A stretch of 64,000 bases of DNA from positions 186,001 to 250,000 of the forward strand of contig MCFE01000016.1 in assembly GCA_002104905.1 (NCBI GenBank), written 5' to 3'. A program made the position numbers and the translations under genes. This stretch comes from Basidiobolus meristosporus CBS 931.73. Its lineage: Eukaryota; Fungi; Basidiobolomycota. Shown piece by piece: positions 1 to 12,927 of this stretch. The notes under the pieces are model-generated. The model ran no database searches, had not been told where the DNA came from, and was given only the letters and a program-made list of their open reading frames with translations. Numbering within the stretch: position 1 is the stretch's first letter; each line of letters begins with the position of its first letter.

Positions 1-1699
1 GTGGAATATTCTAATGAAGTCCTGAGTGGGAATGAAACCAGAGTTTTCTAAGATCTATGGACTATAATTTAGGTGGCCAAGTCAAGTCAGTACTGAGGTG
101 AAATACTCAAATTCACAACCAGCCATAAATACCTGCTCTCCCTGTCACTTCCAGTATCTCCAGACTGCAAATGCAAAGATGTCCAAGTAATATTATATAT
201 CATCGATCACTATTTATCTTGGCAGATATAATTGCTCAATTGGGTGAAAGTAGCACAGATGCCAAGTTATATCAGCTTGGACACTTGGAACTCTGTTTTT
301 TAGATTTGTTTATTTCCTGTCCTAGGCCTTGGCTGGACACATGAGCTTTTTCACCCAAATACCAGGTGTCCAGATCATCAAAAATCACAAAGCTGCCAAA
401 ATATTCCAAGCTTTCTGCATATGCATTTGAAATGATGCTGAGCATACTCTACATATTCCTACAGTATTGTAGAAGTATGAATACTGCTCTGATGTTTGAT
501 AGATTGTCAAGTAAAGATCACTTATGTGATTGTGGAACCTGCTAAAGATTATCTTGCATTACTTTGCCAGGACCTTTTGGAACATTTATCAGGTAGTATT
601 AATGTAGGTATATATCAATATGATTGAAAACCTACCATTGTCTTGAAGTATTACTCAAGCCTGGCCCATAGAATCCGGTATTGATTCAGAGTCATTGAGC
701 TAGTACATCCTTTCCCAGCTGTGACAATTTACAGAATCCACATTTGGTGGCCTCATCGATGTAGCCAAACCATTTTGGAGGTTTGTTTCCCTCTTACAAC
801 AAACAGGCCATGTAGTATCTGGATCAATTCCAAGCACCCAAATCAAATCACTAGGCACATCCTGTGCGCACATGTAATGATGCCATCCGCGGAGTTTGTT
901 ACTCGGCATCCACCGCAGCTGCATCTGAATGCTCTGCATCTCAGTAGGAGAGGTGAGCACGCCACACAGAACTTGCGTACCGAATCGAAGCGAAACGGCG
1001 CGGTGAGCTAAATACCACCAGATTACAGCATTCCTACCTCAAGAAATACTTCCTCCCGAATTAATGTAAACTTCCCGAGTCATCATTATCCCAACCGATG
1101 TGTAGATCCCAGGAGACCAAGTGGGTTCGGAGCATCAACCCAACAAATACTCCTGCGCATCAGACCTTCATGATCTTACACCGAAAGCTGCATGTGACGC
1201 TCCGTTGGAACAGCACAGCAAATAGTGACGAGGAACCATGAGTCCCCGAGGATAAAAATAGCCACCCCAGAAATACACCGGTGCCCATAACAAGTACATT
1301 GTTCAAATGATTGTGTAGGACGAGTTCCCGAATGGAAGCGAGAGTGTCAACAAAAGGGCTCATTGGTGGAGGTCTGGGGATTGAAAAAAGTGGGATTCCA
1401 TCCAGTTGTTTGTCGTCGTACAACACACCTCGACCAACATCGTAAATTTACGCGTCCGATGAAACGGATGGGACACCGCCCATCCGAACGAGAATCAGTC
1501 CAAGAGGGAATCTATTATTATCGGGTCCCATATATGGACGAATCATCGTACAATCATCCGTGTTGGAGATACGACGTCACACGAACGGAGAGGCTTGTAG
1601 CTGGTTCGCTACCAGATCGTCCTTGCCCATATTTAAGGTGGCCACAGGTTGGGGTCTGGAAGCAGCAGCATCTCCATCCCTGTGTACGTCTTTGCTAAC

Positions 1700-2695
1700 A
1701 TGGTGAATACGAAAACCCCGCGTCGAATGAGAAACATCATTATTGGCTTGGTGGTAGTGATTGTACTTGCAGTGGTAGGCGGAGTGATAGGGTACCTGGT
1801 GACCAGGAATAAGAAAACCTCTCATAATGGCATCACTATTGACCCTAACCTACACCAATCGTTTTGGGGGATCAACTATACCCCTTTGAAGTCCCAATAC
1901 CCAGGCTGTGGTAGCAAGCAGCAGGATATCACCGACGACATCAAGGTTCTATCCCAGCTTACTTCCAGACTACGGCTGTATGGAATGGACTGCAACCAGG
2001 CCGACTACACTCTACAAGCCATCCAGGATCTGAAGGTGAACATGCAGGTGATTCTGACCATCTGGGTAGATGGAAACCAGACGACCTACCAACGTCAATA
2101 TGACCAGTTCTTTAGCGTCCTGCAGAGGTTTGGCCCCAATCAGATCTACGGAGTCTCAGTGGGCAACGAGGCATTCTTCAGAAAGGAGATCTCCCACCAG
2201 CAGCTGTATTCCCGTATCTCAGATGTTCGTCAGAAAATCCAAGGCCTGGGCTACCACATCCCCGTCACCACGTCCGATCTCGGCTCCAACTATACGCCGG
2301 AATTGATCGGTCAGGTCGACTTTTCCATGGCAAATGTCCACCCCTATTTCGCAGGGACTCTGGTGAAAGATGCAGCCAACTGGACATTCAGCTATTTCCA
2401 AGAGAACATTGCTCGGCAGTCTGTAGCCGCCGGCAAAGACGCCATCATTTCCGAGGTTGGTTGGGCAACCCAGGGGGATCCGGACCAGGGCGCCGTTGCC
2501 TCCGTCCCGAATCTTCAGACATTCCTAGACACCTTTCTTTGCCAAGCGAACCAGCAGAAGGTCAAGTACTTCTGGTTCGAGGCCATGGATGAGCCGTGGA
2601 AAACACAGCAATTCACCCTCCTGGAGGGTAACTGGGGACTCCTAACCACAGATCGTAAGCCGAAGGCGACCATTCCCAATTGCCAAGCCAGCTAG
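1700..2695 (+). CDS. Glycoside hydrolase family 17 (beta-1,3-glucanase/glucanosyltransferase) with N-terminal membrane anchor
   Basis: ORF track 1649-2695; ATG at 1700 followed by TM segment (IIIGLVVVIVLAVVGGVIGYLV); GH17 motifs RLRLYGMDC, VSVGNEA, MANVHPYFAG, ISEVGWAT, YFWFEAMDEPWK, EGNWGL. Start codon uncertain. Confidence 0.9.
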   Translation: MVNTKTPRRMRNIIIGLVVVIVLAVVGGVIGYLVTRNKKTSHNGITIDPNLHQSFWGINYTPLKSQYPGCGSKQQDITDDIKVLSQLTSRLRLYGMDCNQADYTLQAIQDLKVNMQVILTIWVDGNQTTYQRQYDQFFSVLQRFGPNQIYGVSVGNEAFFRKEISHQQLYSRISDVRQKIQGLGYHIPVTTSDLGSNYTPELIGQVDFSMANVHPYFAGTLVKDAANWTFSYFQENIARQSVAAGKDAIISEVGWATQGDPDQGAVASVPNLQTFLDTFLCQANQQKVKYFWFEAMDEPWKTQQFTLLEGNWGLLTTDRKPKATIPNCQAS

Positions 2696-3216
2696 TTGCG
2701 TCCCTTCAGCATATCCAACTCCAAAATCATTCCACCTCCATCCATATCCTCTGTATAATACCAAAGTAACCTTCAACTCCTGGAGGGGTGAACAATCTAA
2801 CTCAAGCGACTCCCTTCATATTCTTCAATAAAGCATACCAAGGCCGACCGACCCACTGCCATTAGTTGGAAGGATCGTTTATTGTAGAGCATTCTATGGA
2901 TGAGGTGCGCCCAGTGCTGCACTCCCCAATTTGGGATATGTACTAGGGATTCATTCGATTGTGGTACGTGGAGAGTGGTGGATGAGCAACAGCTTCGCGC
3001 GCGGGTGATTTCTACTGGTACTAACTAGCACAAGAAAAACCGGACGATTAGTCGTCAGTGAGTATTGATACAGGGCTCCTTTGGATATCTGTACATTCGT
3101 ATATATTTCGAGGAATGGAAAATTCTCTAGACTGCAGTAAACACCCGTCGCCACGCAAACATTCCCGCGGCAAAGTGGTCAAATGCGGGGTCTCGTTGGG
3201 GCTGCATAAGATCGTA

Positions 3217-6101
3217 TCAGATATTTCGCACATGAGCATTGGAAAGTCTGATCAATTCTGAAGTCACGAATGCGTCCAGGCAGCTTGACGTCAGAAGGTT
3301 CACAAATCGATCCAGATGGTGCCCGAATATGTCTTCGTTGCCGACAGACAACACCTTCAAGGTCTCCAGGATCTTACCACACAATGGCCGAAAAAGATCG
3401 AAGGTGGGAAGCGTACGCTCGGACATTTTGATGGTCAGTCTCATCAACGAGAGCACCAATCCGGGGATTTCCGAGATCCGTCTTCTTGACTGGGTGTCAG
3501 CAATGGAGCATATATTTTGAAGCGCAAGGATCGCCATTTCAGCAACTACGAGCTCTTTTTCCTGGGTGAGTAGACGCAAGTTATCGAATGGGATGTGCTT
3601 GAGTAGTATGCTAAAGATCTCACGATCAGTAAAGAAAACCTCGAAGATTGCGGTCCGATTTCCGTAAGGAACCGTGATCTTGGCCAACGTTTCGACAGCT
3701 AGCGATGAATAGGTATCGCCGGCGTTTTCGAGGAAGTCGATTAAGCTTTTGATGATCAGCCGGGTGGCATCAAGTGACACGAGGTGCATCATACTTCCGA
3801 TGTTGGAGAATATCACAAGGATGTTTTTGCGATTCTCTAGGAGGCACATGTTGATACCCTTGCAGCCTCCAACCCCGAAATACTCGGTCAGTGTGTTGAC
3901 AATCTGAGGTTGGCCCGCAATGAACCGTTGATTTTCTGGCACAAAGGTCAGATTCCGGATGATATTAGTAACACAGCATGATATCTGACCAAATAAATAA
4001 AGGTCGTCCTTGGCGATTACCGTGGTGTCCTGGACTTGACAGGACTCCACGTGGGAAGCTTCATAGAAACGAGAATACGACATGTCGTCAGAGTTTCCAA
4101 GTGCTGGCGATTGGCTTAATTTTTCAAGAAAGTCAACCAGTAAATCCATCAGCGCCTCCAACAAGTCACCGCACTGCTCCAGCAGAAGAGAACCGTTTCG
4201 TTCAACAGTAAGCATGGACAAAACGTTCAGGGCATTGATCATTTCCATTCTGAGGCTTGACTTCAGCGACATGGTTAGCGCATGTATGTCGATGTGGCCT
4301 AGTAACAAAAAGTATGGGTCAATCTGAAGCTCAACACAATAAGCGCGACACAGAATATCTTACCTAAATCGCCAAGTCTTGGTTGTAGGGATTTCAGTAC
4401 AGGTTGCTGAAATAAGCGTAGATCCACTCCTCCGTAGCTTTCAACGGAGCGTATCTGTGGCCTGTATATTGTGTTTTCGGAATGGGTTTCTTGTTTTGAT
4501 GTACTTGGACTACTCGGGTTTAATCCAGCTGGATCCATAGGGCTTTTGTTTGTCAAGTTTGTGTTAAGGAGGGGTGGGATTGGTGATAGCTGATTGGTGA
4601 TGGGGGTCGTTCCACCTAGAGGTAGGTTGTCTCCAGGGGATAGAGTTGAAACCATGCTGTTGCTTACTCCAAGCGAGGCTTCTCCATTGGTAGTAATGGT
4701 TTGGCCTAGTGAGTTCCTTGAGTAGTGATTGGGCAATGTGGTTTCCGTTTCGGTCAGTGCTGGAGCCTTCGCCTGCACCTGAGAAAGGTACGCTTGCTCA
4801 AACGGGAATAGTAATTTGGCATAGCAATTTTTCAGGGCCCAAGGAACATTAGCGTCTGTATCACTCAAGCCTAGGCTTTTGGCAACCTGGGGCCATGCAG
4901 CATCTTTGTTGACCTACATTCAAGTATTAAAAATCAATTGAGAACGGGGAAAGACCGGGTGAATCCTCCATACCTGTGACATGCCTCCCAGGCCCGCCAC
5001 CATAGAATAGAGCACCCAAAGGTTGATTACTTGTGATCCAATTTGGGGGAGCTGTGTTATAGGGGTATTCCTTTTGCTCATAAAATCTGAGAGTGCTTTG
5101 AGAAATTGGGAATGGGTGAAATCTGGCTTGGTCCCAATTGATGCCTGCTTCGGGGCTAGCCCTGAGAAAGACGCTTCAGGCATCAATGTTGCATTCCCTT
5201 TTCCGAACGTTTGTGATACTGTAAACCCGGACTGGCCATTAGGTTCGTCCTGACTAGCGCTGTATTGCTGTGAATTGCTCGAATTATGAGAATTTCCAGA
5301 AGGTGCATAGCCATTGGATGCACCTTGAGCTAAAGAAGAGGGCGTGGTTGAATTTTCTCGGGCATACGATTCATATAGCTGAGGATTCGAGGTGAAGCTG
5401 ACCGAAGAGCCTGAAGATATGCCATAGTTGGGCCCAACATTATCCAAAGAAGCGGGATTCTCCATCAAAAGACTCTGTTGAGAACCGCTTGCTGGGAAAC
5501 CCGAGGCAGAATTGAAGCCAGTATTCCATTGCATAGCATTACTTTCATTTCCTGTTGCAGTAAGGGTTTTACTCGGAAACTGCGAGGTATTTCTAGTTAA
5601 ATCCAATTTTTCGGAGGCAAATGTGTCGCGAGAAGCATACTGACCGGGGAACAATATATCATTTCCCAGTGAGGAGTTCGAAAAATCGGTTCTTTGCTTT
5701 AATATGCTGTCGTCAGTCTGAACCAAGTCCGGGTCACCGAGATTAGATAGCAAGGTTTGCTGGTTGATATTGGTATTTGGTAAGTTTTGGCCCGAAAAGT
5801 CTGAAAAGAGCATGTTCCCCGGTCCTCTGGAAGTGTTTATCGGAGATGTAAAGCTCGAGCCGGAAATCGGCAACGAAATGGTTTCCGACGAATAGAATTG
5901 AGTGGTATCGACAGAATCACCATAATTCAGCCCGAGAGCGAGATTCAACTGCGAGAAATTTCCACCAGACATATATGGATTTGTCATGGCTGCATTGGCA
6001 CTCGACGCGTTGAATTCTCTAGAGGAAGGATAGGGGTAGATCGTGTTGTTGGATTGTATTTGTCTCGAGGGTTGTAGATGGTCGTGAATGTTTGGATTCA
6101 T
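3217..6101 (-). CDS. SWI1: SWI/SNF subunit SWI1/ARID1-like (ARID domain + C-terminal BAF250-type helical region), spliced
   Basis: Three minus-strand ORFs (4920-6110, 4299-4868, 3217-4308) joined by short GT-AG introns; ARID split across an intron (FLKALSDFMSKRNTPITQLPQIGSQVINLWVLYSMVAGLGGMSQV / WPQVAKSLG...LKNCYAKLLFPFEQ); C-terminal SLKSSLRMEMINALNVLSMLT. Confidence 0.85.
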
Positions 6102-7074
6102 AGTAAGCAACAGAATTGAGGTTATTTACCGGTTAGTGTACTCTTGAGTATCACTCGTTCGCGTTACTTAATAGTTGATATTATATGGTAAATAAATCGC
6201 GAATATACGGTAGAGTGGAAGTAAATATTAGACTGGAATTTTTACCTTTCTTTAACTGATTGGTAGTTCAAGCCTTAATCTATTTTATGTGATTTACCGC
6301 ATGGCTGCCAATCACCAGATAAAGAGTGAATCAAGTGTGGAACGAATAGCTAGGCGGATTTTAATATTTTTATGTGATGTTATTGCATCGTGCTACCAAT
6401 CAATACTTATGTTATACGCTATAGCGTAGCAATGAAACAGTCTTGATATACAAGTCGATCTGTATAAGTCTGGGTTATCATTTCCCGAAAAGTGGTTATC
6501 AAGCATATAGCCACACAATATAGGGCATCTGCCCTCAGTCTCTCAGTTTCATCAACCGATATTGGTCCTATGTACAATTCTTTAATAAGCGCCAATTTTC
6601 ATCAGAATACATTCTCAAGAGGCAAGCCATATGCATCCCATTCATACAAGATAGTTGATATCAAGAAAGGAGCTGCGATTGATTTTATGGACAACTATGT
6701 CGTGATAAGCTAGACTCAAAAGTGTCTGGTCAATACAGCTGAGATATATTTACAGCTCAAATACTTAAGTGATCAAAATTGGCCTTGAGATTCTCTTCTA
6801 TCGAAAAGTAGGAAAAGCTCGGGAAAATTGTTGAAACAAAAATGGATGGCTTTGAATTCGGAAGTCTATCAATAGGCTCTGTAATAACTGACGGAGAGTC
6901 TTCAAACTTTACAGCATTCTATTGACCTGTAACGTCCACGGCGACTTTCCATGAGCAATTCGTAAAGGTGACAGCATGCGATTGGTGGTTGTAAGATGTG
7001 CTTTTGTGTGTAAGCCCGGTGACTCAAAGGTTTGACGTTCAAATACGGCATTTTGTGCAAATTAAATAGGAGAC

Positions 7075-8415
7075 TCACATGTAACATATGTATTGACTAT
7101 CGCCAATAGTTTGATATTTGGTAGCCTGGTAGAAATACACCGATACGTTTTCTTCAGCTTGGGTAGAATCAATACTAGAGAAAGGGAATCCCTCGTCAAG
7201 ACTGGGTTTGTGACAATGGAAAGTCAGGCTTTTGGGGTCTTGTTCGTAGTACCGAATGGGGCTGGATGCCTGGCCAGCTTGCCTGTTTGGCCGATGAAGA
7301 ATGGCTTTCTCCAATGGCTCCACGATCGAGTACCGAAGATTGATTGCGGCGTAGCATTGATCGCTCTGAAGAAGCCTAGCAGCATCCTTACGGCTCAGTA
7401 GAATCTTTCGAACCACAAAGTTGAGAATTGATGCAAGCTTTGGGTACTTGTAATCATCTTCTAAGCTGCATTCCCCGTTGTCGCTATAGCTTCGAAGCTT
7501 TTCGTACCGAATATGGTAATGGAATATCAAGTCGTCCTTTAGGTCGGGCCAAGCGTTTTGAATAGCAGGGTCTACGAGAAATACAATGGCATTGAGGATA
7601 CCCTGGGAAGAAGTCCCGATGAAGGACAATAGCAGAAAGGTGTAATTGATCCGTTTGTTCAGGTAGATGTCCAACTCAGAAATAAGATTGAAAGACTGAG
7701 TGAGAATCGGAATAATTGGGTATAGTATCACACGGCGCACAACTTTGTTCATAGTCGACTCGATGGTGATAGAATCGCTGGTGAAGAATTTTCTTCTATT
7801 TCGACGTTCTCGGGCAATCTTGATCACAACTAGGAGAACTACTATACAGCAGTAAAAGACCCCTAACATAGTCCAGAAGTAGAGAGTCACCCATGTCCAG
7901 AGCATACGCTCGGAAGCATCATATATGTTATACCAACAAGACTCCTGATACAGGTCGTGCCCTAGTCTTCCACCAAGCAAAGGGGGCAGTGAAATCGCTA
8001 ACGAGAGTAGCCCAGCAACAGAAAAATAATACTTCTCGTAAGCTTGGGTCTGTCGTTTACCATGAACAAAGATGACTTGGAGGTTAAAAGCTATCATAGC
8101 AGTCAGAAAGGTAGACAGATGGGTTGTTTGAATATGGCCCCAGACACTAAGAGCGCATAGCAGTCCACTCTCTTGTGAGATGTCGCTGACGATCTGGAAG
8201 CCAGAGTAGAATAGATCCACCACGGCCACGGCAAACGTCAGCCTCAGGGACACGCGATTGACCAGGTGACTCTTAAAACTGTGGAATATTATGAAGATAA
8301 GAACAACCGAAAGGCTAAAAAACATAGAAATAAGATTTAAGGGAACCGCTACATCGATCAATGTTTGACTCTGTTGAACACTGATTTTTTCGACTTCATT
8401 GTGGAGCTCTATCAT
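7075..8415 (-). CDS. Seven-transmembrane receptor, Git3/cAMP-receptor-like GPCR
   Basis: 446-aa ORF with 7 hydrophobic segments; NRVSLRL after TM1, C..SVWG in TM3, CWY in ECL2, RVILYPII, SQGILNAIVFLVDP in TM7. Confidence 0.8.
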   Translation of the reverse strand: MIELHNEVEKISVQQSQTLIDVAVPLNLISMFFSLSVVLIFIIFHSFKSHLVNRVSLRLTFAVAVVDLFYSGFQIVSDISQESGLLCALSVWGHIQTTHLSTFLTAMIAFNLQVIFVHGKRQTQAYEKYYFSVAGLLSLAISLPPLLGGRLGHDLYQESCWYNIYDASERMLWTWVTLYFWTMLGVFYCCIVVLLVVIKIARERRNRRKFFTSDSITIESTMNKVVRRVILYPIIPILTQSFNLISELDIYLNKRINYTFLLLSFIGTSSQGILNAIVFLVDPAIQNAWPDLKDDLIFHYHIRYEKLRSYSDNGECSLEDDYKYPKLASILNFVVRKILLSRKDAARLLQSDQCYAAINLRYSIVEPLEKAILHRPNRQAGQASSPIRYYEQDPKSLTFHCHKPSLDEGFPFSSIDSTQAEENVSVYFYQATKYQTIGDSQYICYM

Positions 8416-9763
8416 CGTGTGTGGACATAGAGAACGGCTAACGGCTCTATGCTTTTTGAGGGTCCAAAAATAACAAGCGGGTCGCAGGTAGTGGCCACTA
8501 CGTGGTGATGAAGTGAAGGGCAGCCTTTGAAGAGGGCAGGGTCAGGCTGGACTATAGGGAATACTGTATCCGTCCAAGTGGCGTATTTCAGTACTGATCA
8601 CGGTCGAGAGATGTTAGAGAGCCACAGAAACTATGTTCAGATATAGGCCCTACTCAAGTCCAAGGAAATCAACCTAAAGTAAATCTTTCCAAGAAATATC
8701 TAACAATTAAACAGATGGCAGGAGGGTGGTGACAGGCTTTATATGAGGGCTAAGTTGACTATTCGGAGCGTCGGCCGTACGAAGAAGTGATTACATCTTG
8801 GGCGTTACATGGTAGAAGAAATTGTATAATATGCACCGTCAATATTGTCAAGGATGCAAGGCTGTGCAGAATGCATGATTGATCTTACCATTAAGAAAGG
8901 TGTCAATTCTATGATTTAAGGAGCAGGGTTGCTAAATATCAGTGATTGCTTGGCGAAATAAACCCAGGCAGGCACATACTATCACATTCTCGCTTATCGT
9001 GCGTCACTATAATCGACAGTGCATGTTCTTACATGAATTATTACGACTAGCTTTAAGCATTTGCTTTATTTCCACTATACAGGCGTGTCCTATGACGATG
9101 GTTTTCTCTGAGAGGCGCATGTCGGAAATTCTACGATGTTTCTGCGCATGCCGGAACTCTTGCCTCGTGCTTGGGCGAGGTCTCGGGATATTTCCAATCA
9201 TTGTTGTTTGTATGCCGAGGCTGGGATCCATCTCTGTAATGATACACATATGTGAAGGAATATGCAAAAGCTGTATCAAGTAGCTCAAACCAGGCTGTGA
9301 CTTTTCAAGTGACCAGAATCACCATCACAAAGGACTCGATCCTTTAGCATACAATGCATCAGGTAAACAACAGAGCCAGAGTGTTGCTTACGTGATGGCG
9401 CTGGTGACCAAATCCATTCAACACCGCTCGACCGGGGCAAAACGTTGCGAGCCAATCACGTGATTTAAACGAATTTCCCAGTGTTGCCGAGGTCGGGATA
9501 CTTTCCGATGTCCTAGAGGCGTACCTGATAACAATGCACTTTAGGTGGACCTAGAGTTCATATAAAGATCGGGAAAGTTAATTTTACAATTACTAATAGA
9601 TTCCCTAAATTCTGTTTGATCGATTCCACTGATGCAGCAATCGGATCCATACGCATCGAAACCGCCAAACCAAACGTCGTTACATTGAATGTGGCTCAAG
9701 GCATTTATATGCATATATATACGTCAAAAGCAACAAACTCGAGCTAACCCTCTTCAAAGGATC

Positions 9764-9958
9764 ATGTTCCACAAAGCCTTGATTTTCCTGCTGCTGGCGA
9801 TTGTTGTGTTGGGACATCCATTGGAGGAAGGATTGGAGGATTTTGAACGAGACCAGCTTCTAGTCGAATTGACACAGGCACCAATCATAGGCGATTTGCT
9901 GAAAGGAATACCGTATTTGAAGTACATATTGGGGGCACTAGTTCCACTTGGCCTGTGA
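9764..9958 (+). CDS. Small secreted protein (64 aa): signal peptide, acidic spacer, hydrophobic C-terminal peptide
   Basis: ATG at 9764 inside ORF 9689-9958; MFHKALIFLLLAIVVLG signal-like N-terminus; TATA-like TATATATA about 50 bp upstream. Confidence 0.6.
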   Translation: MFHKALIFLLLAIVVLGHPLEEGLEDFERDQLLVELTQAPIIGDLLKGIPYLKYILGALVPLGL

Positions 9959-10831
9959 GCGTTCTCGAAAATCCACTTTCTAATAAAATGTTCCTTCACA
10001 TTGAGATTCTCGGACAATACCAAGCATGCAGTTCATGAACCAGTGGAAGTAGTGGCGCCAAATGAATTAATCCATCCTCAAGCCCACGATGACACACAGG
10101 GACAGTCGGGTAGTCCAGCCAGAGCATATTGAGGAGGGAAAGAACCGTTTATGGGTTTCGTGGTAGCAGGCCCACTTTTTTGACGAAGTGCTAGTTGAAG
10201 TCTGATCATTCTGGACACAGATAAACACCTTTAAGGGCTGAGACCTACGGTAACGTGTGAAAGAATCAAAGACGTGCTTCATGTTCAGCTCTATTGCATC
10301 CATCCACAGGTAATGGCTTCCTGGCCAGTGTCTGGATATAATAGTATTAAAAGGGAGTACGCAGGAATTTGGGGTCTTCAGCTTAAGCAGAAGTCACTGG
10401 CGTTTACATCAACCGTGGCAAAAGCAGAGCGACTCGGAATACAACACGGTACACAGTCCAGCTCGGTATGCATTGCAATATTTGTATCCTACTCCATTAG
10501 CCGGGTTCGGAGTTGATAGTAACGCATGATGGGATTTTCTTGACGGAGTGTTCATCGCATCCCTTCGAATCCCAACTGTAGATTGGCTTTTCTGACAAGT
10601 GGGCTTGTAAGGTTATCACACAAATCAGATCACTCTGATGATCGCTACTGAAAAGAAAATCCGTAGCGAATTGATTGGACAGAATTCGACCAATCTTTAG
10701 AATTCCATGAGGATTGAAAACACAGAATTGAGTGTCAGTTCACTTTCATCAAATTCCTATCAGATTCCACTGTTGTCAACAAAGGTTGTGCAGTTCGCTA
10801 GACTAGTAGCTGAGATACCAGAGTTAACAAT

Positions 10832-11872
10832 ATGCGGTGGCTCTATACCTGCATACTATCTACGTTGCATTTTAGCTTTAGAATATATCTATTATTCCTG
10901 GATTTTATCGAGTATCTCAAGTATGTATTTGGAAGTAGCGCACAACCAAGCCTGAAAACAATCAAATGGCACGTCAGGTCACTGCAGAAGTTGCCGAAGA
11001 ACCTGGGAATCATTCTTCCCGCAGCGGTCCCCAAGTCGCACCTCGCAGCCTCTATAGCGGATCTTGCTTCCTGGTGCATTGCCACCGGAATCCCGTATCT
11101 CACTGTTTTTAGTTCACAAGGTAATTGACGGTTCTGCAACACTTCATCGGGTTGACCGTCGACTCATCCCATCTTGGTTTGCGTAGAGTTATCGAAGCTC
11201 GAGTTAGGAACCATTACCGAAGAGATAGTACAGCTTACAGAGGAGTACTTCGTGGATTGTGGGTGGAAAGAGCCTCCAATTATTGGAATCAAAACAATAC
11301 ATTCCCTGGTGAAATGCGAGCTAAACACTCTCGTTTCCCGAGTATCTAAGCACAAGCCTCAGATACCAGGTGATAGGATTATGTATTTTGGAAACACTCT
11401 GGCTCAAGGCTAAACGTCCTCTATACCACAGATCTACAAATCACCATACTATCCGAAGATTCGGGTAAACATTCCATCGCAGAAGTGTCGAAGAAGATTC
11501 TGCAGAAAGTGATGAATGAAGAACTTGAAGCGCGCGAGATCGACATTTCTGTCTTGGACAATGCCTTGTCAGGTAGGCCCAGCTTACGGTACCCCTTTCG
11601 CTTGTGCTGGTTTAATGGAATTTTTCATCAGATATTCCGGAGCCCCAGTTGTTGCTTCACTTTGGTAAACATTTAACGCTAGAAGGGTTTCCACCGTGGC
11701 AACTTCGGCTTACCGAAATATAGTGAGTAGTGTTTATGAACGCATTGGACTTGAGCACTGATTGATCTCGTTTTTTCGTAGTAGTTGTACACACACCACC
11801 AGAGTCATGTATTCAGATTTTATTAATGCGATGTATCGGTATGCGAATTGCGATCAGCGATTTGGCAAGTAA
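10832..11872 (+). CDS. NUS1: Dehydrodolichyl diphosphate synthase complex subunit NUS1/NgBR, multi-exon
   Basis: Exons read LQKLPKNLGIIL...IADLASWCIATGIPYLTVFS, ITILSEDSGKHSI, PEPQLLLHFG..LTLEGFPPWQLRLTEI and C-terminal YANCDQRFGK* (RxG motif); stop TAA 11870-11872. Confidence 0.9.
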
Positions 11873-12399
11873 GATAGCACATTATCACCAATAAATAGAG
11901 GTACTAGGTTTGCTATATGTCAATATGAACAACGAAGAAATAGGCGGATTAGCGAGTCTATGGGGACCCATCAGGCGCCATGGTGCACGAAGTGCAAGTG
12001 ATGTGCTGGGAGGAGTCCCGAGTGTGTAGTAAACATGGGATGGCAATGAATCCAAAGCCACACATGTTATACAGCCGAACACTGCTGTGCACAGAATACA
12101 CAACGAAATCTTGGTATATGCTGGATTGAAGCATTTTGGGTTGTAAATGGGTTTGACTTGGAGGGCAGACTCCTTGGTTCGAGGTGGTTTTGGGACGTCA
12201 TTCGTGCCAGCATGTCAGTCGAGTGTGGAATGCTCATGATCCTACACTTGATCCCCATACATCCAAAAAAATACACGACTGTTCCATCTGATGGTTCTGG
12301 TGTGCGTATGGGCGATTTGAATCGTTTATTGAGTTGAATTTACAAGAGTTTAGGCATGGCTGCGCAGGCTTTGGACCTACGGATTGAACTCATCTCATT

Positions 12400-12927
12400 T
12401 TACCATCCGAAACGGAAGGCTACGCCCATAATGGTCAAAGCGAAGATAAATTGCACTGCTCCAAAGCCTATTCTAGATATGGGATGTGGTACGATCAGCT
12501 CCACGCATATCCATATCAAGGCAACCACCAGATACAGCCAAGCTACGATCATCGAGCCTCTGGTGACGCCGTAACCAATGGCACTAGCAACGAGCACCCA
12601 CAAAAAGGTGAGGAAAAGGTTCCTAGCCAAAGCCTCAGCCCGTGCAAGATTACTGCTGAGAGGGAGGAGTGGCGACTTTGCAGAATTGGTGGTGGCTGGG
12701 GTGTCCTGGTTTTCGAAGGTGGGGTGAGCAGCGTCGGTCGATCCAACGCGCTCTCGCATTGCTGGTTGGCTAGCTGCAGTGGTGGGGACTAAGCCGTTCC
12801 AGTTCAAGAGGTGCCTTCCTAGTTGAAGTAGTATCCAGACGAACCATAGTATCCATAAAGCGATGAAACAGTCTCGAATATAATGGTCACGCTTAGTCCA
12901 GAGAGAAGTGGGATCCCATACAGCCAT
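12400..12927 (-). CDS. Hypothetical multi-pass membrane protein, paralog of 13948-14409
   Basis: 175-aa ORF with ~4 TM segments; shares RD.FIAL...W..W.LL, AR..F.T.LW...S..G.G.TRGSMI..W.Y and terminal GW with the neighbouring ORF. Confidence 0.75.
   Translation of the reverse strand: MAVWDPTSLWTKRDHYIRDCFIALWILWFVWILLQLGRHLLNWNGLVPTTAASQPAMRERVGSTDAAHPTFENQDTPATTNSAKSPLLPLSSNLARAEALARNLFLTFLWVLVASAIGYGVTRGSMIVAWLYLVVALIWICVELIVPHPISRIGFGAVQFIFALTIMGVAFRFGW

Noticed and set aside
1-960. CpG-poor stretch at the window start that may be a transposon remnant
   Set aside because: No motif I could assign with confidence; the short ORFs (700-960, 721-1011) show no recognisable domain.
8900-9400. 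Overlapping short ORFs 8942-9283 and 9007-9288
   Set aside because: No domain, no splice pattern I could resolve; probably spurious.
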